Assembly (NCBI GenBank): GCA_027623675.1
Contig: JAQBVF010000002.1
Coordinates: 103,195-167,194 of the forward strand
Direction: 5' to 3'
Length of the DNA: 64,000 nucleotides
Source: Chloroflexota bacterium
GTDB taxonomy: Bacteria > Chloroflexota > Dehalococcoidia > Lucifugimonadales > UBA3495
Part shown: one piece after another, positions 1 to 8,916 of the stretch
Layout: every line of letters starts with the position of its first letter
Numbering within the stretch: the first letter of the stretch is position 1
Translations under genes and position numbers: made by a program
The notes under the pieces: model-generated
Told to the model about the DNA's origin: nothing
Databases searched by the model: none
Seen by the model: the letters and a program-made list of their open reading frames with translations, nothing else

Positions 1-1204
1 AGGCTCGCTGGACCTGGCGCTGCAACGGCGGCCCGGCACCAGGGTCCTTCTGGACATTGCCCGGACCGAGGTCAAAGACCCGTACACCGTGCTCATCACC
101 ACCAACTCGCCCAACCCGACCCTGCCCGGCCTGTTGACCAACCAGAACACGAGCATCGCCGACCCCGGCACGGTGCCGGCATCGCCGGAAGATTCGGCGG
201 AAAGCGCTGCGATGACCGGTCCCTACAAGCTGGTGTCCTTCAAAGCCGATCGGGAGATGATTGTCGAAGCGCACACCGGTTATTGGCAGGGCCGACCGGC
301 GTTGGACCGGATCGAATACGTTGCCTTTAACCAGAGCGACACCCGCCTCATCGCCCTCCAAAGCGGCGACGTCGACATATCGGTCAACCTCTCCCCACAG
401 GGAGCGGTGACCGCCGAGAAAGATTCGTCACTGGAAGTTTTGATTGCTCCACCGTCGGGCATGCTGTTCATGTTTGTGAACCATGAAAGTCCGGCGATGC
501 GGGACCCGCTGGTGCGCCGGGCCGTCGCCATGGCGGTGGACCGGAATGCCATGGCAACCGGCGTGGCGGACGGGCGCGCCGTCCCTGCGGAAAGCATGTT
601 CCCGCCCGGGTTCATCTCCTGCCAGAATCCGGCTGGGTTTTCCTACAACCCGGAAGCGGCCCGTCAACTGCTTGCCGATGCCGGCTATCAGGATGAAAAC
701 GGCGACGGCATCGTGGAAAAAGACGGGAAAGCCTTGGAGTTGGTCCTACAGACCTATCCCGAGCAGCCACTCTTGCCGCCGATGCTCGAAGCATACCAAT
801 CGATGTTGAAGGACATCGGCGTTGGCGCCAAGGTCCAAATCGTGGAATGGACCCTGGCCAGCCAGGGCGGTTACGACCTGTTCGGCTACAGCAACGGCAC
901 CATCACCACGGGCGACCCCGGGTGGGCGCTCAACCGCCAGTTCCTGACCGGCGGCGACGAGAACCGGGGCAATTTCAGCAACGCCACGGTGGACGAACTC
1001 ATCGGTAAGTTGTCCGGCGCGGCCGGTCCGGCCCAGCGGGAGCAGATCGCCTGCGAAGCCCTGAAAGCAGGGAATGATGAAGTTGCCCTGATACCGGTGA
1101 TGTTCCCCAACCGGCTCTACGGGATATCGGACTCCGTCGATTGGCCGTCGGGTCCGCACGCCGTCCAACTCTACTTCATAGACTACAGAATCGGACTGAA
1201 ATAG
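1..1204 (+). CDS. ABC transporter substrate-binding protein, family 5 (Ni/peptide, NikA/DppA-like); 5' end lies outside the window
   Basis: Frame is open from position 2. Contains TGPYKL, 'VRRAVAMAVDR' and 'YNPEAARQLLADAGY.D.NGDG' motifs, and is followed by two permeases. Confidence 0.9.
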   Translation, partial: GSLDLALQRRPGTRVLLDIARTEVKDPYTVLITTNSPNPTLPGLLTNQNTSIADPGTVPASPEDSAESAAMTGPYKLVSFKADREMIVEAHTGYWQGRPALDRIEYVAFNQSDTRLIALQSGDVDISVNLSPQGAVTAEKDSSLEVLIAPPSGMLFMFVNHESPAMRDPLVRRAVAMAVDRNAMATGVADGRAVPAESMFPPGFISCQNPAGFSYNPEAARQLLADAGYQDENGDGIVEKDGKALELVLQTYPEQPLLPPMLEAYQSMLKDIGVGAKVQIVEWTLASQGGYDLFGYSNGTITTGDPGWALNRQFLTGGDENRGNFSNATVDELIGKLSGAAGPAQREQIACEALKAGNDEVALIPVMFPNRLYGISDSVDWPSGPHAVQLYFIDYRIGLK

Positions 1205-1205
1205 C

Positions 1206-2153
1206 TTGGGCAATCACCTAACGCGACGCCTGATAACACTTCCATTTCTCTTGGTGGGCATCTCAATCATCAGCTTTTTGCTGTTGAATTTCGCCCCCGG
1301 CGACGCCGCGGAGATCAGGCTGCTCCGTCAGAACGGGGGCGTAGCGCCTTCCGAGGAAGCGGTGATGGAATTGCGGCAAGAATTGGGTTTAAACGACGCC
1401 CTGCCGATCCGCTATGCCAGATGGGTATCTTCCGCGGTGCGCGGCGACCTGGGTGAGTCCTACCGCACCGGTGCTTCGATCGCCTCCGAATTGACCCGGC
1501 GATTGCCAGCGACCCTCCTGCTTGCAGCCACCGCTTTAGCCTTGGCGGTGGCTGCAAGCATCCCCCTCGGCGTATTGGCGGCGGTGAGGCGGGGCTCTTG
1601 GGTGGATACCATATGCCGCATACTCGCCCTCGTAGGGGCGGCAGTGCCCAGCTACGTGATGGCGCCGGCCTTGATGCTGCTATTCGCCGTGAAGTTGGAC
1701 TGGCTGCCGGCCATCGGCTACGGGTCCTTCAGCGCCCTTGTGCTGCCGGCCCTGGCGCTGTCCTTCGGAACCATGGCCCAGTTGATGCGCCTGACGCGGG
1801 CCAGCGTGCTAGAGGTGCTGGACCAAGACTATATGCGGACGGCCCGCGCGAAAGGCCTGACCGAGACGGTGGTGGTTTGGCGTCACGGCTTGAAGAACGC
1901 CCTGCTGCCGGTGGTCACGGTCCTGGGGACCAATACGGGGTATCTTCTGGGCGGCGCCGTGATCATCGAGACCATCTTCGGCTGGCCGGGTGTCGGTCAG
2001 TTCGTCGTCACCGGAATCTCCCAACGGGACTACCCCGTGGTACAAGGGTTCGTGCTGTACATGGCTGTGATCTTCCTGCTGGTCAACCTGGCGGTAGATA
2101 TCTCATACCGCTGGCTGGACCCGAGGCTTCATTTTGGCCGGCGGCATCACTAA
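1206..2153 (+). CDS. ABC transporter permease (NikB/DppB-like)
   Basis: 'GDLGESY', EAA loop 'DYMRTARAKGL', 'ETIFGWPGVG', 'RDYPVVQG'. Confidence 0.92.
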   Translation: MGNHLTRRLITLPFLLVGISIISFLLLNFAPGDAAEIRLLRQNGGVAPSEEAVMELRQELGLNDALPIRYARWVSSAVRGDLGESYRTGASIASELTRRLPATLLLAATALALAVAASIPLGVLAAVRRGSWVDTICRILALVGAAVPSYVMAPALMLLFAVKLDWLPAIGYGSFSALVLPALALSFGTMAQLMRLTRASVLEVLDQDYMRTARAKGLTETVVVWRHGLKNALLPVVTVLGTNTGYLLGGAVIIETIFGWPGVGQFVVTGISQRDYPVVQGFVLYMAVIFLLVNLAVDISYRWLDPRLHFGRRHH

Positions 2154-2154
2154 C

Positions 2155-3123
2155 ATGAAGACTGACGCTAAGCCTGTAAGAACGCCTCTTCGCCTTCGAG
2201 AACCGGCTCTTGCCCCAAGATTGCCCCGACCTGGAGACGTCACCATACAGAACACGATCCAACAACCGGTTTCCCAGCGACGGGCTTCACGAAAGACGGT
2301 GTTCCATCACTTGCGCCACGACCCCGGAGCCGTTGCTGGTTTCGTGATCGTGGCCGCAGCTATCCTGGCGGCGCTGTTTGCCCCGTTGCTCCCCCTGCCA
2401 AGCCCGGTGGAAGTGGACCTGCAGAACCGGTTGCTTTCTCCCTCCGGCGCTTTCCCGTTGGGCACCGACCACCTGGGCCGGGATGAGTTGAGCCGCCTGG
2501 TCTTTGGCGCACGGACCACGTTGATGATGTCCGGCGCATCGTTGGCCATCATCATGGTCATCGCAACCGTGGTCGGTTCCCTGGCCGGCTACTACGGCGG
2601 CTGGCTCGACACCGGCTTGATGATGCTGGTGGACCTGCTGCTGGCATTTCCGGCGCTGATCCTGGGGGTGGCCGTGGCCGGTATCTTGGGGCCAAGCCTG
2701 GTCAACGTGATGATTGCCGTCTCAGTGGTCTGGTGGGCCAGCCACGCCCGAGTCATCCGCGCCATGGTCTTGTCGGCAAGGCACCGGGAATATGTTGTGG
2801 CCGCCAGGGCTATCGGGGCTAGCGACGGCCGAATCATCGTCTTCCACATCGCCCGTAACATCATGGGGCCGTTCGTCGTATTGGCGACGCTGGACATCGG
2901 CTGGATAATCTTGGGGATAGCCGGTTTGAGTTTCCTGGGACTGGGCGCCCAGCCGCCCACGCCCGAATGGGGGGCCATGCTCAACGACTCGCGCTCGTAC
3001 ATGCAGACCGCGCCATCGTTGTTGCTCGCCCCCGGAATCGCGATCTTTCTATTGGTGCTGGGCTTCAATCTTTTGGGCGACGGGCTGCGCGACATGCTTG
3101 ACCCGACGACCTACCGGCTTTAG
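2155..3123 (+). CDS. ABC transporter permease (NikC/DppC-like)
   Basis: 'LGTDHLGRD', 'EYVVAARAIGAS', 'LSFLGLGAQPPTPEWGAML'. ATG at 2155 follows the upstream stop directly. Confidence 0.92.
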   Translation: MKTDAKPVRTPLRLREPALAPRLPRPGDVTIQNTIQQPVSQRRASRKTVFHHLRHDPGAVAGFVIVAAAILAALFAPLLPLPSPVEVDLQNRLLSPSGAFPLGTDHLGRDELSRLVFGARTTLMMSGASLAIIMVIATVVGSLAGYYGGWLDTGLMMLVDLLLAFPALILGVAVAGILGPSLVNVMIAVSVVWWASHARVIRAMVLSARHREYVVAARAIGASDGRIIVFHIARNIMGPFVVLATLDIGWIILGIAGLSFLGLGAQPPTPEWGAMLNDSRSYMQTAPSLLLAPGIAIFLLVLGFNLLGDGLRDMLDPTTYRL

Positions 3124-3181
3124 AGGACATAGCCGCGCCGGAGGGACGATAGATTCGGCCTGGCGTGCCGGGAATCACCTA

Positions 3182-3210
3182 TTGACCCTATCGGTCAAAA
3201 AGGCTATTAT
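3182..3210 (+). promoter_or_regulatory. Sigma70-type promoter for the riboswitch transcript
   Basis: TTGACC-17 bp-TATTAT, about 50 nt upstream of the riboswitch. Confidence 0.65.
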
Positions 3211-3261
3211 TCTGCTCGAAGAGCAACCGAAAGATTGTCTCTTCGTTTAACAACTTAGACG

Positions 3262-3445
3262 AGCTGCTTGGTGGTCCCGTTCATTCGGGACTGAAAAGGG
3301 AAGCCGGTGCGAGTCCGGCGCGGTCCCGCCACTGTAACTGGTAACCCCCTCTCCCACCGGGAGTGGAGTCACTGTTCCGAGTAATTGGAACGGGAAGGCG
3401 AAGGGGGGGGTAGAAAAGCCAGGAGCCAGGAGACCTGCCACCAGC
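3262..3445 (+). ncRNA. Cobalamin (B12) riboswitch
   Basis: Conserved blocks AAAAGGGAAGCCGGTGCGAGTCCGGCGCGGTCCCGCCACTGTAA, CACTG...GGGAAGGC and B12-box GAGCCAGGAGACCTGCC, upstream of cobalt transport genes. Confidence 0.96.
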
Positions 3446-3496
3446 TTGACTTGGAAGCCTTCGTGGATTGGGGGTATGAGTCAGTATGACGATTCC

Positions 3497-3526
3497 GCCC
3501 GACTCCGCCAGTCGGGCATTTTTTAT
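3497..3526 (+). terminator. Intrinsic terminator of the riboswitch expression platform
   Basis: GCCCGAC-7 nt loop-GTCGGGC followed by ATTTTTTAT. Confidence 0.75.
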
Positions 3527-3709
3527 GCCCTGACCGGATGGTGGTTGGGCAAAGAACAGAAAATTGAATAGCTAGGTTGTTCGTGGCTTTAGCCTGCTCG
3601 GCTATAATCCTGGTGGAAAACTGAGTTGACCGGAGCGGCGGGTCCTTTATCCAGCCGCGGAAAAAGTCAGACATAAATTCGAGACATAGAGAAATCTGAG
3701 GGGGAAATC

Positions 3710-3907
3710 ATGGTACAGGTGTTTCGGCAGTCCATAGCAAACAGAGAGTCTTCCCGATGGCTTCCCGCGGTGTTGGCGGCAACCGTCGCCTTGTATTTCA
3801 TCGGCTACGTCGACGGCACGGCCCAGGGAGCGTTCTTGGGCGGCAACATGGCGGTTGTCCATGAGGTCTTCCACCACGCCCGCCACGTTGCCTTCATGTG
3901 CCACTAG
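3710..3907 (+). CDS. cbtB: Cobalt transporter subunit CbtB-like small membrane protein
   Basis: One hydrophobic helix plus a His-rich tail 'HEVFHHARHVAFMCH'. Lies downstream of the B12 riboswitch and upstream of cbtA. Confidence 0.85.
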   Translation: MVQVFRQSIANRESSRWLPAVLAATVALYFIGYVDGTAQGAFLGGNMAVVHEVFHHARHVAFMCH

Positions 3908-3960
3908 GCTAGGAGCCCGCTCCTAGCAGGCAACTCTAAGACCCGGCTTAAGAGAAAAAT

Positions 3961-3989
3961 ACCGCAGTCTCCGCTACGGAGACTGCGGT
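3961..3989. terminator. Strong hairpin in the cbtB-cbtA spacer
   Basis: Perfect 13-bp stem ACCGCAGTCTCCG/CGGAGACTGCGGT with a 3-nt loop and a weak U-tail. Confidence 0.5.
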
Positions 3990-4199
3990 TCTAATCAACC
4001 CGCCTCCTCCCCAGCCCCGCGCTTCAACTTAGCCGTTTCTCACCCGGCGCTGTATGGCCTCGCACTGCAGTTTCGCGTATCTCATCGCCCCCAAAACGAT
4101 GTCCCGCCGCGGCTTCGCGATCCACGGACAGGGCTTCTAAACAGATTTTCTCCAAACGGACTTTCATGGACTTTCAACGCATGTCAGGGAGGGGCAATC

Positions 4200-4970
4200 A
4201 TGCCTAGAATATTGATCATTGGGCTGGTGGCGGGCCTATTCGCCGGCCTGCTGGTGGGCGGGTTTCACAACCTGTTCACCGTGCCCGTCATCGAACGGGC
4301 CATAGATTTCGAAGAAGCACAGTCTGCATCGGCGAATCCCAATGCCCCGGAAGAAGACCCGCTGGTCTCCCTGGGGGCGCAACGGTGGGGAATGGCGGCC
4401 GGGACCGGCATCTACGGCGCCATCCTTGGCGTGGTCTTCGCCGCCGCCGTCACCGTACTCCGCAAGGTAGTCCCAGATTGGAAGCCCTTGGCCATCGCCG
4501 TCACCGCGGCCGCCTTGGGATTCTGGGCCTTGTCTTTGTTCCCGTTCATCCGGTACCCGCTGAATCCGCCCGGTGTGGGCGAGTCCGACACCCTCACCTA
4601 CCGGCAGGGTCTGCAGACCATGTTCATGATTCTGTCGGTACTAGGCGTCGGGGTATTGCTGTTTGGCCTGCGTGAGATCAACGGTCGGTTCCAAGAAACT
4701 AGCAAGCGGGTCAAAATGTACGGCGCTGCCGGGCTGGCCTACGTTGTCTTCGCGGTAATCATGTACTTCGCCCACCCGGCCAATCCAGACCCGGTGGAGA
4801 TGCCCATCGACCTCCTGGAACTGTTCCGCACGCTGACGATGGTCGGGCAATTCCTGACCTGGGCCATGATGGCCGGACTGGCAACCGCCGGCATGTATTG
4901 GTATCAACGCCGCGATGCGAAGGCGGGCAACCGCTTCGATCCGGTGACCGGAGCGCCCGTAAGCCTGTGA
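4200..4970 (+). CDS. cbtA: Cobalt transporter subunit CbtA
   Basis: 'GLVAGLFAG...PVIERAIDFEE', 'RYPLNPPGVG..DTLTYRQ', 'LELFR', with about five TM helices. Confidence 0.9.
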   Translation: MPRILIIGLVAGLFAGLLVGGFHNLFTVPVIERAIDFEEAQSASANPNAPEEDPLVSLGAQRWGMAAGTGIYGAILGVVFAAAVTVLRKVVPDWKPLAIAVTAAALGFWALSLFPFIRYPLNPPGVGESDTLTYRQGLQTMFMILSVLGVGVLLFGLREINGRFQETSKRVKMYGAAGLAYVVFAVIMYFAHPANPDPVEMPIDLLELFRTLTMVGQFLTWAMMAGLATAGMYWYQRRDAKAGNRFDPVTGAPVSL

Positions 4971-7141
4971 CCAGATCAAGCACGACAACCACCAGTGAGA
5001 ACCCCGGAAATAAAAATCCCGGCAATAAAAACCCCGGCAATAAAAACCCCGGCGGAAACGCCGGCAGAATCCCAGAGTCCCGGTTTCCGTTCACGGCCAT
5101 CGTAGGTCAAACGGCCATGAAACGAGCGCTGCTCCTGAACGCCGTCAACCCGAAGATCGGCGGCGTTCTGGTGCGCGGCAAGAAGGGCACCGCCAAGTCC
5201 ACGGCGGTCCGTTCTCTGGCTGCGCTATTGCCCGAGGTAACCGTGGTCCAGGGCTGCCCCTACAACTGCAGTCCGGAAGAACGCCAGGGGCTGTGCAACC
5301 GCTGTGAGCCGATCGACACCGACGCCGCAACCGTCGTTCGCCAGATCCCGATCGTGGACCTGCCGGTTGGCGCGACGGAGGACAGGCTGGTGGGGTCTCT
5401 GGACATCGAGGAGGCCATCAAAACGGGAAACCGGGTCTTTGAGCCGGGCCTCATCGCAGCGACGCACCGGGGCATTCTCTACATCGACGAAGTTAACCTG
5501 CTCAACGACCACCTGGTGGACATTCTGCTGGACGCCGCCGCCATGGGCCGCAACTATGTGGAGCGGGAGGGTATCTCGGTGACCCATCGTTCGGAGTTTA
5601 TCCTGGTGGGCACGATGAACCCGGAAGAAGGCGACCTCCGGCCCCAACTGCTGGACCGCTTCGGACTGGCGGTTGAAGTCGACGGGCGGTTCTCCCCCGA
5701 GGAACGCCAAGAGGTGGTGAAGCGCCGCATCGCCTACGAGGCCGACCCCCAGGCGTTCATGGCCCGGTGGCAGCAGCCGGAGCAGGAGGAACGGCAGCGG
5801 GTGCTGCGGAGCCAGCAGTTGCTGCCCCAGGTGGTTGTCAGCGATGACATCTTGTCCCTGATCACATCCATCTGCGCCGAATACGATATCGACGGCATGC
5901 GCGGCGATATCGTCATGTACAAGACAGCCAGCACCATCGCCGCCTACGAGCAGCGGACGGAAGTCAACGCCGAGGACGTGCGCGAGGCCGCCAACCTGGC
6001 CCTGCTTCACCGCCAGCGCCGGCAGCCCTTCCAGCAGCCCAATCTGGAGACCAGCCAGCTCGACTCAATGGTGGACGACTTTCAGAGTCAGGACCGCCAA
6101 CGCGAATCGCAAGACCAGGCCGGGGATAACGATCAAGGAGAGGGCGATTCCGAGCCCTCGGATTTAAGACCGGAAGATTTAGAGTCACCGGACCCCGAAT
6201 CACCTGAGCCCCAGGACCCCGACGCCGAACCGGACAATCCGGGATTCGGGCTGCCCCAGAATGAGCAGTTCGAAGTGGGCGACCCCTATGCGGTGCGGTC
6301 TCTCGACCTGAAGCCTCCAGACCAACGCTCCCGCCGCGCCTCGGGCCGCCGTAACGTCACCATCAGCGACTCCTCCGCCGGGCGGTACGTCCGCTCCCGC
6401 CAACCGGAGGGCAAGGCGACCGGGCTGGCCTTGGACGCCACCCTGCGCGCCGCCGCACCGCACCAACTGGGCCGCCGGTCATCGTCCCAATCAGCCAACG
6501 CCGTGCTGGTCGAGCCCCAGGATATCCGCGATAAGGTCAGGGAGAACAAGGCGGGCAGCCTGGTGCTGTTCGTGGTTGATGCCAGCGGCTCCATGGGCGC
6601 TCAGCGGCGCATGGTGGCGGTCAAGGGGGCGATCATGTCCCTCTTGCTGGACGCCTACCAGCGGCGCGACCGGGTGGGACTGATCTCATTTCGCGGGACA
6701 CAGTCCAGTCTGCTGCTGCCGCCCACCAACAGCGTCGACCTGGCCCAGGTCCACCTGAAAGACATGCCCACGGGAGGCCGAACTCCGCTCAGCGCCGGTC
6801 TGTTCAAAGCGTTGGAGATCGTCGAGACGGAACGCATCAAGGACCGGGACGTCATGCCCCTGCTGGTGCTGCTGTCCGATGGCCGGGGCAACGTGGCCCA
6901 AGGCCAAGACTCGCCCTTGGACGAAGCGTCGGTGGCGGCTGGGATCATCGGCGAGGGCAAGATCCCGTCGGTGGTGGTGGACACCGAGTCCGGGTTCATC
7001 AAGCTGGGCATGATACAGCCGATAGCCACGGCCATGGGCGCCCAATACCTGAAGCTGGAAGACCTGAGGGCCGACAACCTGGCGGAGGCGGTGCGGCTCA
7101 ACATGCCCATTATCGGCGAGGCCCCGCCCCACGTTAACTAG
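4967..7141 (+). CDS. Class I chelatase ChlI/ChlD-like subunit (AAA+ - acidic/Pro linker - VWA), probably cobaltochelatase-associated
   Basis: 'FPFTAIVGQ', Walker A 'GKKGTAKST', 'LYIDEVNLL', 'GTMNPEEG.LRPQLLDRFG' and MIDAS 'DASGSM'. The GTG start overlaps the cbtA TGA. Confidence 0.9.
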   Translation: MTRSSTTTTSENPGNKNPGNKNPGNKNPGGNAGRIPESRFPFTAIVGQTAMKRALLLNAVNPKIGGVLVRGKKGTAKSTAVRSLAALLPEVTVVQGCPYNCSPEERQGLCNRCEPIDTDAATVVRQIPIVDLPVGATEDRLVGSLDIEEAIKTGNRVFEPGLIAATHRGILYIDEVNLLNDHLVDILLDAAAMGRNYVEREGISVTHRSEFILVGTMNPEEGDLRPQLLDRFGLAVEVDGRFSPEERQEVVKRRIAYEADPQAFMARWQQPEQEERQRVLRSQQLLPQVVVSDDILSLITSICAEYDIDGMRGDIVMYKTASTIAAYEQRTEVNAEDVREAANLALLHRQRRQPFQQPNLETSQLDSMVDDFQSQDRQRESQDQAGDNDQGEGDSEPSDLRPEDLESPDPESPEPQDPDAEPDNPGFGLPQNEQFEVGDPYAVRSLDLKPPDQRSRRASGRRNVTISDSSAGRYVRSRQPEGKATGLALDATLRAAAPHQLGRRSSSQSANAVLVEPQDIRDKVRENKAGSLVLFVVDASGSMGAQRRMVAVKGAIMSLLLDAYQRRDRVGLISFRGTQSSLLLPPTNSVDLAQVHLKDMPTGGRTPLSAGLFKALEIVETERIKDRDVMPLLVLLSDGRGNVAQGQDSPLDEASVAAGIIGEGKIPSVVVDTESGFIKLGMIQPIATAMGAQYLKLEDLRADNLAEAVRLNMPIIGEAPPHVN
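5000..5053 (+). repeat. 15-bp tandem repeat (about 3.6 copies) encoding (NPGNK)n in the chelatase N-terminus
   Basis: AACCCCGGAAATAAA / AATCCCGGCAATAAA / AACCCCGGCAATAAA / AACCCCGGC. Confidence 0.9.
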
Positions 7142-7345
7142 CGGTCAGGACTGTGCGGTCGGGATCCAGCCTGGTTCGAGTTGGCAGGCGGCCCTTCGAG
7201 GGCTTGCTCCCAGTTGATGCGGCATTGCCGTCCCGTTTACATCGCCCACCGGACTTGGTAATCTCGACTGTGGCCCGATTACCGGCCACTATCCCTTTTT
7301 TACTTAATGCGGCTGCGCCGCCCCGCCACCCCAGGAGGTACCCGT

Positions 7346-8872
7346 TTGGCCCGCAACATGCTCTATGCCGACATGGACAAGATGCTTTCTCTGTCCAAGC
7401 GCCGGGGATTCATCTTTCAAAGCTCGGAGATCTATGGGGGCCTGGGTTCCACCTGGGACTACGGCCCCTTGGGCGTGGAGCTGAAACGCAATGTCAAAGA
7501 GGCCTGGTGGCAGGCCGTGATCGCCCAGCGCGACGACATGGTGGGCCTGGACGCCGCCATCCTGATGCATCCCAAGACCTGGGTCGCCAGCGGCCACGTG
7601 GAGAACTTCTCCGACCCCTTGGTTGAATGCGGAAATTGTCGGCATCGGTTCCGACTTGACCATCTAACTTATGGCCACGCCTGGCTCGAGAACGGCGCCT
7701 CTGTAGAATTGAGTTTAGACGGAGCGTCAAATGACGACGTTGAGAAAGCGTTAAGAGAAAGAGCCGGGAGGATTGGTTCACCGATCTCAATCTCCAGGGA
7801 ACTTGTAATATTGCCAGTGGTAGGTGGTTCACGAGCTGATCCAGTCACTAGCGTTCCGTGCCCGATATGCGAACAACGCGAACTGACCCCGCCGCGCCGG
7901 TTCAACCTGATGTTCAAGACCTTCATGGGGCCGGTGGAAGACACGGCCAACGAGGTGTTCCTGCGACCGGAGACGGCCCAGGGCATCTTCGTCAATTTCA
8001 AGAACGTTTTGGACTCGACCCGCAAGAAGCTGCCCTTCGGCATCGGCCAGATCGGCAAGTCATTCCGGAACGAGATCACCCCCGGCAACTTCACTTTTAG
8101 AACCAGAGAGTTCGAGCAGATGGAAGCCGAGTTCTTCGTTAAGCCGGGCGAAGACGTGGAATGGCTGGACCGGTGGGTCCAACACCGCTTCCAGTGGTAC
8201 ATCGGCCTGGGCATTCGGAAGGAAAACCTGCGTCTGCGCGAGCATGGTCCCGATGAACTGGCCCACTACGCCAAGGCCTGTTACGACATCGAATACCGCT
8301 TTCCCTGGGGCTGGGCCGAACTGGAGGGCATCGCCAACCGCGCCGACTTCGACCTGCGGCAACACCAAGACGCCAGCGGGCAGGACATGACCTACTTCGA
8401 CGATGCGGCGGCCGAGGGCGAGGAGCCTCGCTACCTCCCCTACGTCATCGAGCCGTCGGGCGGCGTTGACCGGGCCACCTTGGCCTTCTGGCTGGACGCC
8501 TATGACGAAGAACCCGACGGCCCGATTGAAAAGGGAGCCGTGAGGGTGGTCTCCCACATCCACCGGGACCTGGCGCCCATCACCGTGGCGGCGCTGCCCC
8601 TGAGCCGTAACGAGAAGCTGCTGCCCACCGCCCGCCGGGTCTACGACACGCTCCGCAAGCACTTCCGGACGCAGTACGACGACGCCCAGAGCATCGGCCG
8701 CCGCTACCGGCGCCAGGACGAGATCGGCACGCCCTACTGCGTGACCATCGATTTCGACACCATCGACGACGGCCAGGTGACCATCCGGGACCGGGACTCG
8801 ATGCACCAGGCCAGGGTCCCCATCTCCCAGTTGGTGGACATCCTGAAAGACAAGATCGAACACGCCTGGTAG
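7346..8872 (+). CDS. glyQS: Glycine--tRNA ligase, homodimeric type
   Basis: 'KRRGFIFQSSEIYGG', 'LRPETAQGIF', 'GKSFRNEITPGNF.FRTREFEQME', 'IGRRYRRQDEIGTP'. AGGAGGT precedes the TTG at 7346. Confidence 0.96.
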   Translation: MARNMLYADMDKMLSLSKRRGFIFQSSEIYGGLGSTWDYGPLGVELKRNVKEAWWQAVIAQRDDMVGLDAAILMHPKTWVASGHVENFSDPLVECGNCRHRFRLDHLTYGHAWLENGASVELSLDGASNDDVEKALRERAGRIGSPISISRELVILPVVGGSRADPVTSVPCPICEQRELTPPRRFNLMFKTFMGPVEDTANEVFLRPETAQGIFVNFKNVLDSTRKKLPFGIGQIGKSFRNEITPGNFTFRTREFEQMEAEFFVKPGEDVEWLDRWVQHRFQWYIGLGIRKENLRLREHGPDELAHYAKACYDIEYRFPWGWAELEGIANRADFDLRQHQDASGQDMTYFDDAAAEGEEPRYLPYVIEPSGGVDRATLAFWLDAYDEEPDGPIEKGAVRVVSHIHRDLAPITVAALPLSRNEKLLPTARRVYDTLRKHFRTQYDDAQSIGRRYRRQDEIGTPYCVTIDFDTIDDGQVTIRDRDSMHQARVPISQLVDILKDKIEHAW

Positions 8873-8916
8873 GCGGCGAAATGGCGTTTCTTTGAACCGG
8901 CTGAAGATAATCTCTT

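Noticed and set aside
1..3123. ABC transporter lacking an ATPase as an anomaly
   Set aside because: The operon is cut by the window edge, so ATPase genes may lie upstream or elsewhere.
6010..6330. Programmed frameshift in the chlD-like linker that would yield a short ChlI subunit
   Set aside because: The gene is in one frame, and I see no A-run or X_XXY_YYZ slippery site in the linker.
7170..7210. Possible degenerate copy of the REP arms (GGTTCGAG...CCCTTCGAGGGCT)
   Set aside because: The match is too short to distinguish from chance.
7660..7860. Intein or intron in glyQS
   Set aside because: No Cys/Ser...His-Asn intein termini or splicing motifs, and the segment is short and in frame. Kept only as a compositional anomaly.
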